64,000 bases of DNA from Patescibacteria group bacterium (GTDB taxonomy: Bacteria; Patescibacteriota; Minisyncoccia; UBA6257; UBA9933). The stretch's first letter is position 1. The number at the start of each line of letters is the position of its first letter. Below, in pieces: positions 26,968 to 35,951 of the stretch. The stretch is from assembly GCA_030017615.1 (NCBI GenBank), contig JASEIG010000002.1, positions 11,980-75,979 of the forward strand, in the 5' to 3' direction. The notes beneath the pieces are model-generated. The model was not told the DNA's origin and searched no databases. It saw only the letters and a program-made list of their open reading frames with translations. The position numbers and the translations under genes were made by a program.

Positions 26968-28413
26968 TTAAGATATTTTATTAATCGCAATTTTAACGCG
27001 CGCCAAAGACTTTTCTTTGCCGAGAATTTCAATAATTTCAAACGGTCCCGGAGAAGTTTCTTTGCCGCTTAACGCCACGCGCAACGGCCATAAAACCTCT
27101 CCCCTGCCCCACGCTTCGGCAATCGGCATAATAATTTCTTTAAGTCCGGCATAATCGGATTCCGCCATTTTTTTAATTTCATTGTATAAATTTTCCAAAA
27201 TTATTTTTGTTTTTTCTTTATTGGATGTTTTCCAAATTAACATATCTTTATCATAATTCGGCAACTCAAAAAAGAACTCCGCAATTTCCTTAAAATCGGA
27301 AAGTTTTTTTATCCTTTCTTTTTCAAATTTTATTATTTTCCCGATTAATTCTTTTTCCAATCTCCATTTTTCAGGAATAAAATTTTTCAATCTTTCAGTC
27401 AGATCATTATCGCTTAATTTGCGAATATGTTGCGCGTTTAGCCATTCTAATTTTTCAAGGTTAAACACCGCTCCGGCTTTTTGTATTCGCTTTAAATCAA
27501 ATTCTTTTATAATTTCTTTCATTGTTATTATTTCGCGGTCATCTTTGGGATGCCATCCCAGAAAGGCCATAAAATTATTCATGGCTTCCGGCAAATATCC
27601 CTGCGATTGAAAATCATTAAGCGAGGCATCAATATAACGTTTTGAAAGTTTACTTCTGTCGGGAGATAAAATCAGCGGCAAATGTGCGTATTGCGGTTCA
27701 GGAAAACCAAGCGCCCTCTGAAGCATAATTTGTTTCGGCGTGTTTGAAATATGGTCTTCGCCGCGAATAACATGAGAAATTTTCATCGCGTAATCATCAA
27801 CGACACCGGCAAAATAAAACAACGGCGATTTTAAATTTCTTGCAATCACAATATCGCCTATTAAACCCATATCTGCGGAAATTTTATCCCTAATAAGGTC
27901 GGAAAATTCCAATCTTACGGCAGGCATTTTAAATCTTATGACCGCTTTTTCACCTTTTCGCAAACGCTCGTTAACTTTTTCTTCGGATAAATTTTGGCAC
28001 CTGCCGCCATATTTTGGAGATAATCCCTGACTTATCATGGCCTGACGGTCAGCTTCTATTTCTTCCTTAGAGCAAAAACAATGGAAAGCTTTTTTTTCTT
28101 CAATGAGTTGTTTTAAATATTTCTCGTAAATATCAAGACGTTCAGATTGCCTATAAGGGCCATACGATCCGTCTATATCCGGTCCTTCTTCCCAATTCAA
28201 ACCAAGCCATTTAAGGCCGTTTATAATATCTTCTTCATACTTTTTTTCGGAACGCTCAAAATCGGTATCTTCTACGCGCAAAATAAACTTCCCTCCCTGA
28301 TTTTTCGCAAAAATCCAGTTAAAAAGAGCTGTTCGCGCAGTGCCAAAATGAAACAGGCCTGTGGGAGAAGGAGCTAATCTAACCCGAATCTCGGTTTTGA
28401 AGATGTCGGCCAT
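26968..28413 (-). CDS. gltX: glutamyl-tRNA synthetase (start set to the Met giving MADIFKTEIRVRLAPSPTG; the longer ORF runs to 28464)
   Basis: HIGH-region PSPTGLFHFGTART, KMSKS as KLSKR; anticodon-binding domain. Confidence 0.88.
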   Translation of the reverse strand: MADIFKTEIRVRLAPSPTGLFHFGTARTALFNWIFAKNQGGKFILRVEDTDFERSEKKYEEDIINGLKWLGLNWEEGPDIDGSYGPYRQSERLDIYEKYLKQLIEEKKAFHCFCSKEEIEADRQAMISQGLSPKYGGRCQNLSEEKVNERLRKGEKAVIRFKMPAVRLEFSDLIRDKISADMGLIGDIVIARNLKSPLFYFAGVVDDYAMKISHVIRGEDHISNTPKQIMLQRALGFPEPQYAHLPLILSPDRSKLSKRYIDASLNDFQSQGYLPEAMNNFMAFLGWHPKDDREIITMKEIIKEFDLKRIQKAGAVFNLEKLEWLNAQHIRKLSDNDLTERLKNFIPEKWRLEKELIGKIIKFEKERIKKLSDFKEIAEFFFELPNYDKDMLIWKTSNKEKTKIILENLYNEIKKMAESDYAGLKEIIMPIAEAWGRGEVLWPLRVALSGKETSPGPFEIIEILGKEKSLARVKIAINKIS

Positions 28414-28511
28414 ATTTAAGCTATAATTATAGCTTAAAAAAGTCATTTTAGCCAGTTTCAACACACCTTGTCCGCAGTAGCAACCAGACCCCCGCCGCTA
28501 TACTTAGAACT

Positions 28512-30269
28512 TTATTTTCTTCCAAAAATGGAATTAAAGACATTTAATATAAAAGCGGTAATTGAAGATTTGGAATTTGAACTTTGCGGCTGAGCTTGTC
28601 CCTCTGTAGAAGGAGGTTGTGGTGGCTGTTGTCCTGCCTGTGGTTGTTGTTCTCTTAATGGCGGCATTTTTTGACCATCCGGTGGCCGTTGATATTGCTG
28701 AATTTGCTCTTCACTCGGCTGAAAATTTGGCATTTGTTCGTTGCGTTCTTGAGGCGGCGCGTTCACTTCCTGTGTTTCAGAACTTCCGGGACCTTCAATA
28801 TTTTGTCTCTGTTCCTGTTGATTAATCTGGTTTGTTGGTAATTGTCCGCCGCACCCGCTTACTATTTGGTCTATTATTTCTTTTGGATTGCCTTGAAAAT
28901 CTTTTAATTTTTGAGTAAGCGCCGGGGCAACGCAACCTCTTATTTCCGGCGGAAATGAATTAATCATTTTTCCGATATCCAATCCCCTGTTTTCATCTCT
29001 CGGCATCATCCTCTGTTCCTCTCTCATACCAGATTCTCCCGGCTCAAATTCCTGTTTCTCGCCGCGCGGACCTATCTGACCGCCAAGTTTTTCAAAACAT
29101 TCTTGCATCGCTTGACCGATTTGTTGCGAAGGCATACCGGTTTCGCTTTTCATTTTTTCAACCGCGTCATCTCCGGCTATTTGCTTAATACAATCCAAAA
29201 CTTCTTGAGGAGCTTCATTAACGGCTTTTATCATTTGCTGTTTTCCTTCTTTCATTTTTTGAAGGTCTTCAGCCGGAATCATTCCGTGTTCTATTCCAAA
29301 TTGCATACAAGCTTCTTGGTTATCTTTGCAATACGCCTCGCATTCGTTTTTACTTTTACATCCGCCGGGACCTTTACCGCCGGTTTTTTTAGCCATTTTA
29401 GCTTCTTCAGGCGTCATCATTCCATTTTGCACGCCAAAATCAACGCAAACTTGGAAATTTTCTTCTTTATTGCAAAATGCATCGCATTCTTCTCTGCCTT
29501 TACATCCGCCCGGCCCCTTCCCTTTTGTTTTTCGCGCCATTTGAGCTTCATCGGCTTTCATAAATCCGGCCTTCTCGGCAAAAGCGATACATTCTTCAAA
29601 ATGGTTTTCCTCGGAACAATAAGCGTCGCATTCTTTTTTGCCGCCGCATGGAGGCGGAATTGCGCCGTTTTTAACAGCCTGTAAAACTTTTTGCGCTTCG
29701 TCTTTTTCGTCTTCATCCATTAGCCCGGCTTGCAAAGCAAAATTCATACATTCTTCCATATGATCGGGACTGGAACAATACATTTCGCATCTGTCTTTCC
29801 CTCCGCATGGAGGCGGCTTAATTCCTTTATCTATCGCGGCTTGAACTTTTCTGGCTTCTTCTAATTCTTTCTGGTCCATCAATCCGTTTTTTTCCGCAAA
29901 AGATATGCATTCTTTTATATGACTCACGTCATCGCAATACGCCTCGCATTCCTCTTTGTTTTTACATCCGCCGGGACCTTTTTCTTTTATAATTATTCTG
30001 GCCATCTGCATTTCCCTTTTATCCATTAATTTATTTTTCTCGGCGAAATTTAAGCAGATATCCATACGCGACGGTTCATCGCAATATTTCTTACAATCCG
30101 TTTTATCTTTGCAATTTCCAAGTTCGGCGACAGGAAATTGAATATTGGCAATTTCTCCACCCTGTTGATTTTGCTGTTCCTGCGCAAAAATTTTATTGCC
30201 GGAAACAATAAATAAAGAAATTACGATTGCCGAAATTAATATCCCGGCGCTTAAAATTTTTTGTTTCAT
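28512..30269 (-). CDS. secreted cysteine-rich tandem-repeat protein: signal peptide, six ~48-aa repeats each with four Cys (C-x5-C-x3-C-x8/9-C), Q/P-rich C-terminal region, hydrophobic C-terminus
   Basis: Repeats of the form GGCKNKEECEAYCDDVSHIKECISFAEKNGLMDQKELEEARK read directly; no family recognised. Confidence 0.6.
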   Translation of the reverse strand: MKQKILSAGILISAIVISLFIVSGNKIFAQEQQNQQGGEIANIQFPVAELGNCKDKTDCKKYCDEPSRMDICLNFAEKNKLMDKREMQMARIIIKEKGPGGCKNKEECEAYCDDVSHIKECISFAEKNGLMDQKELEEARKVQAAIDKGIKPPPCGGKDRCEMYCSSPDHMEECMNFALQAGLMDEDEKDEAQKVLQAVKNGAIPPPCGGKKECDAYCSEENHFEECIAFAEKAGFMKADEAQMARKTKGKGPGGCKGREECDAFCNKEENFQVCVDFGVQNGMMTPEEAKMAKKTGGKGPGGCKSKNECEAYCKDNQEACMQFGIEHGMIPAEDLQKMKEGKQQMIKAVNEAPQEVLDCIKQIAGDDAVEKMKSETGMPSQQIGQAMQECFEKLGGQIGPRGEKQEFEPGESGMREEQRMMPRDENRGLDIGKMINSFPPEIRGCVAPALTQKLKDFQGNPKEIIDQIVSGCGGQLPTNQINQQEQRQNIEGPGSSETQEVNAPPQERNEQMPNFQPSEEQIQQYQRPPDGQKMPPLREQQPQAGQQPPQPPSTEGQAQPQSSNSKSSITAFILNVFNSIFGRK

Positions 30270-30353
30270 AATTAATAACTAAGTTTATAAAGTTTCTAAA
30301 ATAAAAAGTTTACCAAAAAGATTTTAAATTTCACAACTTTATAAATATTTATT

Positions 30354-30596
30354 TTATTCAAATGGATTAGTCTTGGTCGTTTTATAAGGGTTGGTTTTTG
30401 TCGCGGGATTTACATCCGGCATTTTTTGCAATGGCTCCGTTTGTGTACCGTAGTCCGGCAACGCGCTCTGAGTAACATTTTCTATCGCCTTTTGCTCCGG
30501 AGTCTGAGCCGACTTTTTCCAATAAAAATATCCTCCCAACCCAAGAGCGATTATTATAACCGCAATCGCTATTAAAATTATGGTGTTTTTATTCAT
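30354..30596 (-). CDS. small membrane-anchored protein
   Basis: 80-aa ORF, N-terminal TM helix; weak support. Confidence 0.3.
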   Translation of the reverse strand: MNKNTIILIAIAVIIIALGLGGYFYWKKSAQTPEQKAIENVTQSALPDYGTQTEPLQKMPDVNPATKTNPYKTTKTNPFE

Positions 30597-30725
30597 TTTT
30601 GTTTGTTTTGAAAATTTTTAAGTTTTTCGACCATTTCTGGTTTTTTTTATTATACAATATTTTTATTTTACTAAAAAGTGGATAAGTTCTATTGGTTATG
30701 GATAAAAAAATTTTGGCGGGGATTG

Positions 30726-31883
30726 TTACCGGATAGTTAATTTTAATACCTCATCGGCAATAATTTGAGAAGATTGCGGCTTAAATAAGGTTGCGGCGGA
30801 TTGAGACATTGATTCAGAAATTCCCGGATTGGAAAATATTTTTTGAATCTGCGACATAAAAAGATTCGGTTTAAGATTGCTTTCCTCAATCACAATAGCC
30901 GCTCCCGCTTTAGAATATTCAAATGCATTTTTAACCTGATGATTTCCGGCGGCCTCCGCCAAAGGCAGTAAAATTGACGGCTTTCCCATAGCCGCGATTT
31001 CAAATATAGAGCCGCTTCCCGCTCTGGAAACAACCAAATCCGCGGCGATATAAGCATCCTTTATATTTTCGTCAAAATACGCGATTGACTTGTATTGATT
31101 TTTTTGCGTCTGTGAAAAATGTTCAAAAAGAGAAGTTATTTCTTTATTAAATCCCGTGAAGTTATTAATTCCTGTTTGGTGCAATATTTGATAATTATTT
31201 ACGATTAACTCTTTGGCGATATCAAGAAAAAAATCATTTATTCTTACAGCTCCCTGAGAACCTCCTAAAACCAAAATTACCGGTCTGTTCGGGTCAAAAC
31301 TGAAAATTTTTTTGGCGGCTTCGCGCGTTAAATTATTTTCTCTTAATAAAAAATCGCGAATCGGATTGCCGGTTAAAGCCATTTTCGCGGATATTTTCCG
31401 CTTATCTTTTTCTTTTTTAAATTTTTCTAAAAAAGATTCTTGAGACGCGATAAAAGAAACGGCAATTCTGTCCGCGTATTTTGCGGAAATTAAATTTGTC
31501 AAACCCGCAACAGCGTCGGATTCATGAATTATTATCGGAATGCGATAAAAATAACAAGCTAAAACCACGGGTAAAGCGCCCGGCCCGCCTTTAGAAAATA
31601 AAACGTCAGGCATAATCCAAAAAATTTTCCAAAACGCCTGAATTACGCTGATTATAAATTTCGGAAAATCAATGATATTTCTAAAATCAAAATATCGCCT
31701 TAATTTTGAAGAAGCGATTTTGTAAACCTTAATTTTATTTTGCGCCAAAAAATAACCGTAATTTTCAGGACACCCGACATAATAAAGCTCCGCTTCCGGA
31801 TTTTTCTCCTTAATTTTTTGAGCCACAGCTATTATCGGGTAAATATGCCCCCCCGTTTCTCCGCCGGTAAATAAAATTCTCAA
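30726..31883 (-). CDS. murG: undecaprenyldiphospho-muramoylpentapeptide beta-N-acetylglucosaminyltransferase
   Basis: MRILFTGGETGGHIYP N-terminus; GT28 C-terminal domain; adjacent to ftsW. Confidence 0.9.
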   Translation of the reverse strand: MRILFTGGETGGHIYPIIAVAQKIKEKNPEAELYYVGCPENYGYFLAQNKIKVYKIASSKLRRYFDFRNIIDFPKFIISVIQAFWKIFWIMPDVLFSKGGPGALPVVLACYFYRIPIIIHESDAVAGLTNLISAKYADRIAVSFIASQESFLEKFKKEKDKRKISAKMALTGNPIRDFLLRENNLTREAAKKIFSFDPNRPVILVLGGSQGAVRINDFFLDIAKELIVNNYQILHQTGINNFTGFNKEITSLFEHFSQTQKNQYKSIAYFDENIKDAYIAADLVVSRAGSGSIFEIAAMGKPSILLPLAEAAGNHQVKNAFEYSKAGAAIVIEESNLKPNLFMSQIQKIFSNPGISESMSQSAATLFKPQSSQIIADEVLKLTIR

Positions 31884-31975
31884 TTTATAGGTATCAGGTG
31901 TTAGATGTTAGGTGTTAAGTAAAATAATAAAAACTGAATACATAACAAAACTAAAAACTAAAACCTAAAAGCTAT

Positions 31976-33088
31976 TCAACTATATTTAGAAATATTAACA
32001 ATAATACCGCCCATGGTCAAAAAAATCGCCAACGCGGTTCCCCCGTAACTGATAAACGGCAAAGGAACTCCGGTGAGCGGCAAAAGCCCGGAAATAGCCC
32101 CTATATTCACAAAAGTCTGAATGGCAATAATTGAAATAAAACCAACTGTCATCAACCGTCCAAATTGGTCGCGGCAATTTTTTGCAACAATAAATCCCCT
32201 GACCACAAGCAAAATAAATGTGGAAATTAAAATTATTGAACCGATAAACCCAAATTCCTCGGCGATAACGGCGAATATGGAATCGCCTATCGGTTCGGGC
32301 AAAAATTTGTATTTTGTCGTTGATTGTCCGAAGCCGACTCCAAACGCGCCCCCGGAACCAATGGCCATTAACGCCTGATTGCGATGATAACCGCTTGACT
32401 GCGTATCAACGCTTTTATTATTTATGTAATTCATAACGCGTTGCGTTCTGTATGGAGTATTAAGAACTATTACTGCCAAACCAAATATCCCTAAAAAAAC
32501 AATGCCGGCGATATAACGCAATCTTGTTCCGCTCACAAAATAAACAATAAGACTTGCGGTCATAATTATAAATATAGTGGTTGTGGCCGGCTGAAGCGCG
32601 ATAAGAACAGCTATCACCCCGGCCATAATAATAAGCGGAATAAAACCTTCGTCAAAACTGACGGAACGTGATTTCTTTTTGCTTAGCCATGCGGCTAAAT
32701 AAATTATAAACGTTAACTTTAAAAGCTCCGCGGGTTGGATTGATATTTGCCCGATATTTATCCATCTGACAGCTCCGCCCGAGTGCATGCCTATCGGAGT
32801 AAATACCAGAATAAGTCCGGCAATACTGACTAACAGCAGATAAATCGCCGCCGATTGCCATTTTTTATACGGCACAAAATATCCGATTAAAAATCCGATA
32901 ATACCCAAGCTTAATCCGTAATAAATCTGATGTTTTAAATAATAAAAAGTATTGTTAAATTTAATTTTCCCCAAATCGGACGACGCACTTGAAAGCATAA
33001 TCAGTCCGAAAACAGTCAGTAAAATTATTGTTGTCAATAAAATATAGTCCGGCGGGTTTCCTTTTTTTATTTTTAATCCTCTTATCAT
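31976..33088 (-). CDS. ftsW: SEDS-family peptidoglycan glycosyltransferase FtsW/RodA
   Basis: Ten-TM SEDS protein; ftsW-murG synteny. Confidence 0.85.
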   Translation of the reverse strand: MIRGLKIKKGNPPDYILLTTIILLTVFGLIMLSSASSDLGKIKFNNTFYYLKHQIYYGLSLGIIGFLIGYFVPYKKWQSAAIYLLLVSIAGLILVFTPIGMHSGGAVRWINIGQISIQPAELLKLTFIIYLAAWLSKKKSRSVSFDEGFIPLIIMAGVIAVLIALQPATTTIFIIMTASLIVYFVSGTRLRYIAGIVFLGIFGLAVIVLNTPYRTQRVMNYINNKSVDTQSSGYHRNQALMAIGSGGAFGVGFGQSTTKYKFLPEPIGDSIFAVIAEEFGFIGSIILISTFILLVVRGFIVAKNCRDQFGRLMTVGFISIIAIQTFVNIGAISGLLPLTGVPLPFISYGGTALAIFLTMGGIIVNISKYS

Positions 33089-33092
33089 TTTT

Positions 33093-34619
33093 TTACTTTT
33101 CCGCTTTTCTTAAAATTTTCCCGTTCAAAGATTCAATCAGCTGGCCGTCTTTCATTGCGAACTTCCCGTTTACCATCACCATTTCTATTTTTGAATTTCT
33201 TATTAACACGAGGTCAGCCGCCATATTTTCAGCGATAATTCCTCTATCTTTAATTCCCAATTGTCTTGCCGGAAGACTGGTGAATTTCTGAATAATTTTT
33301 TCAATCGGAATGCCGTTTTTTGCCGCAAATTCCAAAGTTTTCGGAAATGTTTTTGAATGTTCCATATCTGTTATTTGATTATCTTCGTGAAAACTCGCGG
33401 AAGACGACGAAACTATGGATTTTCCGCTAATAAGAGCGTTAAATAAAGGTTTAACGGATAAATTTTTAAACATTAAAACTCCCCGCAATTTTGTCAGTTT
33501 CATTAATTCCAGTAAACCCTCTTTTGGATTAATTCCTCTGTCAAGACAAAAACTTTTTAATGTTTTTCCCGTTAAATATTCATGCTCCGGCGCCCGAAAT
33601 ATCTTAATTTCTTCCATTTTTAAAAGAGGCAAATCCTTTTTTATTTTTATAAGAGATTCCAATGAATTAAAATTGTTTTGAATTTCCTTGAAACTGCCGC
33701 GTTGCGCCCAAATAGGAAGAAACGCAAAAAGCGGAATCGCGGAAATTTCAAACGGATGGAGATTGAAATAAACATCCGACACAGCTGAATTATCCTCTAT
33801 TATTTTTATGCCTTCCTTGTATTCTTTTTCAAATCCTTTCGGACATGAAAAATTATTAATTTCCGCTTTAACGGCGGTTTCTTTGGCAAGGTTCACAATT
33901 TCATTCACCGATGGAATAAAATTATCTTTATTGTTTTTTAAAAATACGGAAGAATCGGAGCCGTTTCTGATTTTAACGCTGAATAATCCCCTGTTTGCTT
34001 CCACAATTTCCGCTAAAGATTTTAATTCCTTATATGAAACTAAAGAAGTAAGCGGAAAGTTCAAATCAACTGAAAAACCAAATGCCCCTTGCTTTAATGA
34101 TGCGTCCACAATATCCTTGAAAACATCAATTTCTTTTTGCGTAAGGTCTCTGAATTCTTCACCCGCTAAAAATTCCCTTAAAGTGGAGTGCCCCGCCAAA
34201 ATTCCAAAATTTACTCCGAGCGGACGTTTTTCAACGGTATTTAAAAACTCTTTAACTGTGTGCCAGTTAACATTTAATTTTGAAACATTTGTCCAAAATT
34301 TTTGAAGTTCAAGCGAACCGTAAAAAAGAGGCGCGAGAGAAATTCCCGACTGTCCGCCGATTATGGTGGTAACTCCTTGTTTGATAAAATCGGTTTGCGC
34401 GGGTTCGGTAAATAAAGACAAATACAAATCCGAAGCGGTATTTATATCAATAAAACCCGGCGCAAGATAAGCGCCCATTCCTTCCACCGCGCTGTCCGCT
34501 TTATAATTTGGAAAATATCCGATTGCGGTAATTTTTTCTCCTTTCACTAAAACATCGGCTTTCGCCGGAGGACGATTAGCCCCATTTACTAAAAAAATAT
34601 TTTTAATAAGAGTGGTCAT
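33093..34619 (-). CDS. amidohydrolase-superfamily protein (D-aminoacylase-like) with degenerate metal-binding HxH (GFIDINTA instead of GFIDxHxH)
   Basis: Small beta-sandwich N-terminus KNIFLVNGAN...VLVKGEKI and TIM-barrel body typical of amidohydrolase 3; loss of the His pair read directly. Confidence 0.55.
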   Translation of the reverse strand: MTTLIKNIFLVNGANRPPAKADVLVKGEKITAIGYFPNYKADSAVEGMGAYLAPGFIDINTASDLYLSLFTEPAQTDFIKQGVTTIIGGQSGISLAPLFYGSLELQKFWTNVSKLNVNWHTVKEFLNTVEKRPLGVNFGILAGHSTLREFLAGEEFRDLTQKEIDVFKDIVDASLKQGAFGFSVDLNFPLTSLVSYKELKSLAEIVEANRGLFSVKIRNGSDSSVFLKNNKDNFIPSVNEIVNLAKETAVKAEINNFSCPKGFEKEYKEGIKIIEDNSAVSDVYFNLHPFEISAIPLFAFLPIWAQRGSFKEIQNNFNSLESLIKIKKDLPLLKMEEIKIFRAPEHEYLTGKTLKSFCLDRGINPKEGLLELMKLTKLRGVLMFKNLSVKPLFNALISGKSIVSSSSASFHEDNQITDMEHSKTFPKTLEFAAKNGIPIEKIIQKFTSLPARQLGIKDRGIIAENMAADLVLIRNSKIEMVMVNGKFAMKDGQLIESLNGKILRKAEK

Positions 34620-34725
34620 ATTCCCGATAAAGCCGCCAATAAACTGTCAGTGAACAGCATTTATGTAATTCTAATATATTTCCAAAAAAAATTCTATTTA
34701 AATCGGCAAATCCGCGTTTTGCCCG

Positions 34726-34989
34726 TTAAAAAGGCGCGGATTTTATTTTTTGCCTTTGTTTTTTCAATTCTTCCGTTCTGTTCCGATATTTTTCTTTTAT
34801 TTCTTTTTCCGCGCCTGACAAGAAAAAATCCGGGAATTGCCGACTTCTGATATTTTGTAATTCTTTCATTTTACTTTTTTCCAGTGTTTTTATTGCCATA
34901 AAAATCACAAAAAGGCGAATTTTTCTTATGGCAATGATGAGAAATACTCCGCAAAACACACCGATTAAAATAACCAAAAAATTGTTCAT
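34726..34989 (-). CDS. small hypothetical membrane protein
   Basis: ORF only, one TM helix. Confidence 0.25.
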   Translation of the reverse strand: MNNFLVILIGVFCGVFLIIAIRKIRLFVIFMAIKTLEKSKMKELQNIRSRQFPDFFLSGAEKEIKEKYRNRTEELKKQRQKIKSAPF

Positions 34990-35016
34990 GCCTGTGTCGC
35001 CGTTAAATTATTTTAA

Positions 35017-35628
35017 TTATTTTATTAATTCTTTAAGTGTTTGAAAATCTTTAAGCATTTCAGTTTTTAGTTCCCTCCTGTATAACGCGACTGCGGGATG
35101 ATATAAAGGAATAATTTTTATTTTTCCGCGCGCGGTTTGCGTTCCAAAAACATTCCCATGAACATTGCTAATCCCTTTTAAATGCTGGTCAAGACCGAAT
35201 TTTTCCATAATATAAGCCATTGAATATCGTCCCAATGTGGCTATAATTTCGGGCTGGATAATTTCAATTTGGCGGTCTAAAAAAGGAGCGTAAATGTTTA
35301 TTTCATCCGGAAAAGGGTCGCGATTATTCGGCGGCCTGTCTTTTACGATATTGGTTATATAAACATCTTTTCTTAAAAGCCCGATTGATTCAACTAATTC
35401 GGTTAAAATTTTCCCCGCCGCCCCGGCAAACGGCCGGCTGGTTTCCGCTTCCGTCTTCCCCGGCGCTTCTCCGATAAACATTATTTTCGCGTAATGATTC
35501 CCTTCCCCGATAACCGGATAAACATTGTCTTGAATTCTGTATTGATATAAGGGTGATTCTTTTAAATTCCAAATCTCGTCTCTGATTTGTTTTAATAACT
35601 CTGTGCGATTGTCGTTAGAGTTTTCCAT
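35017..35628 (-). CDS. uracil-DNA glycosylase superfamily protein (family 4/5-like; no Fe-S cysteines)
   Basis: GEAPG..E...RPFAGAAGKIL motif and downstream HPA(V/A) region. Confidence 0.7.
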   Translation of the reverse strand: MENSNDNRTELLKQIRDEIWNLKESPLYQYRIQDNVYPVIGEGNHYAKIMFIGEAPGKTEAETSRPFAGAAGKILTELVESIGLLRKDVYITNIVKDRPPNNRDPFPDEINIYAPFLDRQIEIIQPEIIATLGRYSMAYIMEKFGLDQHLKGISNVHGNVFGTQTARGKIKIIPLYHPAVALYRRELKTEMLKDFQTLKELIK

Positions 35629-35895
35629 TTATTCAAGTGAGATAATTTGAATGCCTTTATTTAAAATTTCTTCTTTGGGCCAAAATAGCTGGTCAATTTT
35701 GTACTTGCCCGCATAAGTAACTTTCTTTTCAATTTTTCTGCCGGTATATTCTTTTATTTTTGGGTCCCATTCTTCAAGAACCAAGGTGTCGCCTTCATTT
35801 ATTTCAAAATCGTTGAGACGCAATTCATATTTCTTTTTTCCCAAAATTACAGCGCCAAAATACTCCGGCCAAATTTTCTTTTTTATAACTGCCAT
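35629..35895 (-). CDS. ASCH-like / DUF3850 small protein
   Basis: IWPEYFGAVILGKKKYELR...GDTLVLEEWDP...YTGR pattern recalled for DUF3850. Confidence 0.45.
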   Translation of the reverse strand: MAVIKKKIWPEYFGAVILGKKKYELRLNDFEINEGDTLVLEEWDPKIKEYTGRKIEKKVTYAGKYKIDQLFWPKEEILNKGIQIISLE

Positions 35896-35951
35896 TTTTT
35901 AAAATTTTTAACTAAATTTGTAAATAAAATAAATTCATTATTTTTTTTATA

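Noticed and set aside
29103-29684. 193-aa + strand ORF and neighbours (29326..29544, 29956..30141, 28619..28825)
   Set aside because: They are antisense to the Cys-rich repeat gene and their periodicity simply mirrors the repeats; Phe/Leu-rich translation typical of antisense frames.
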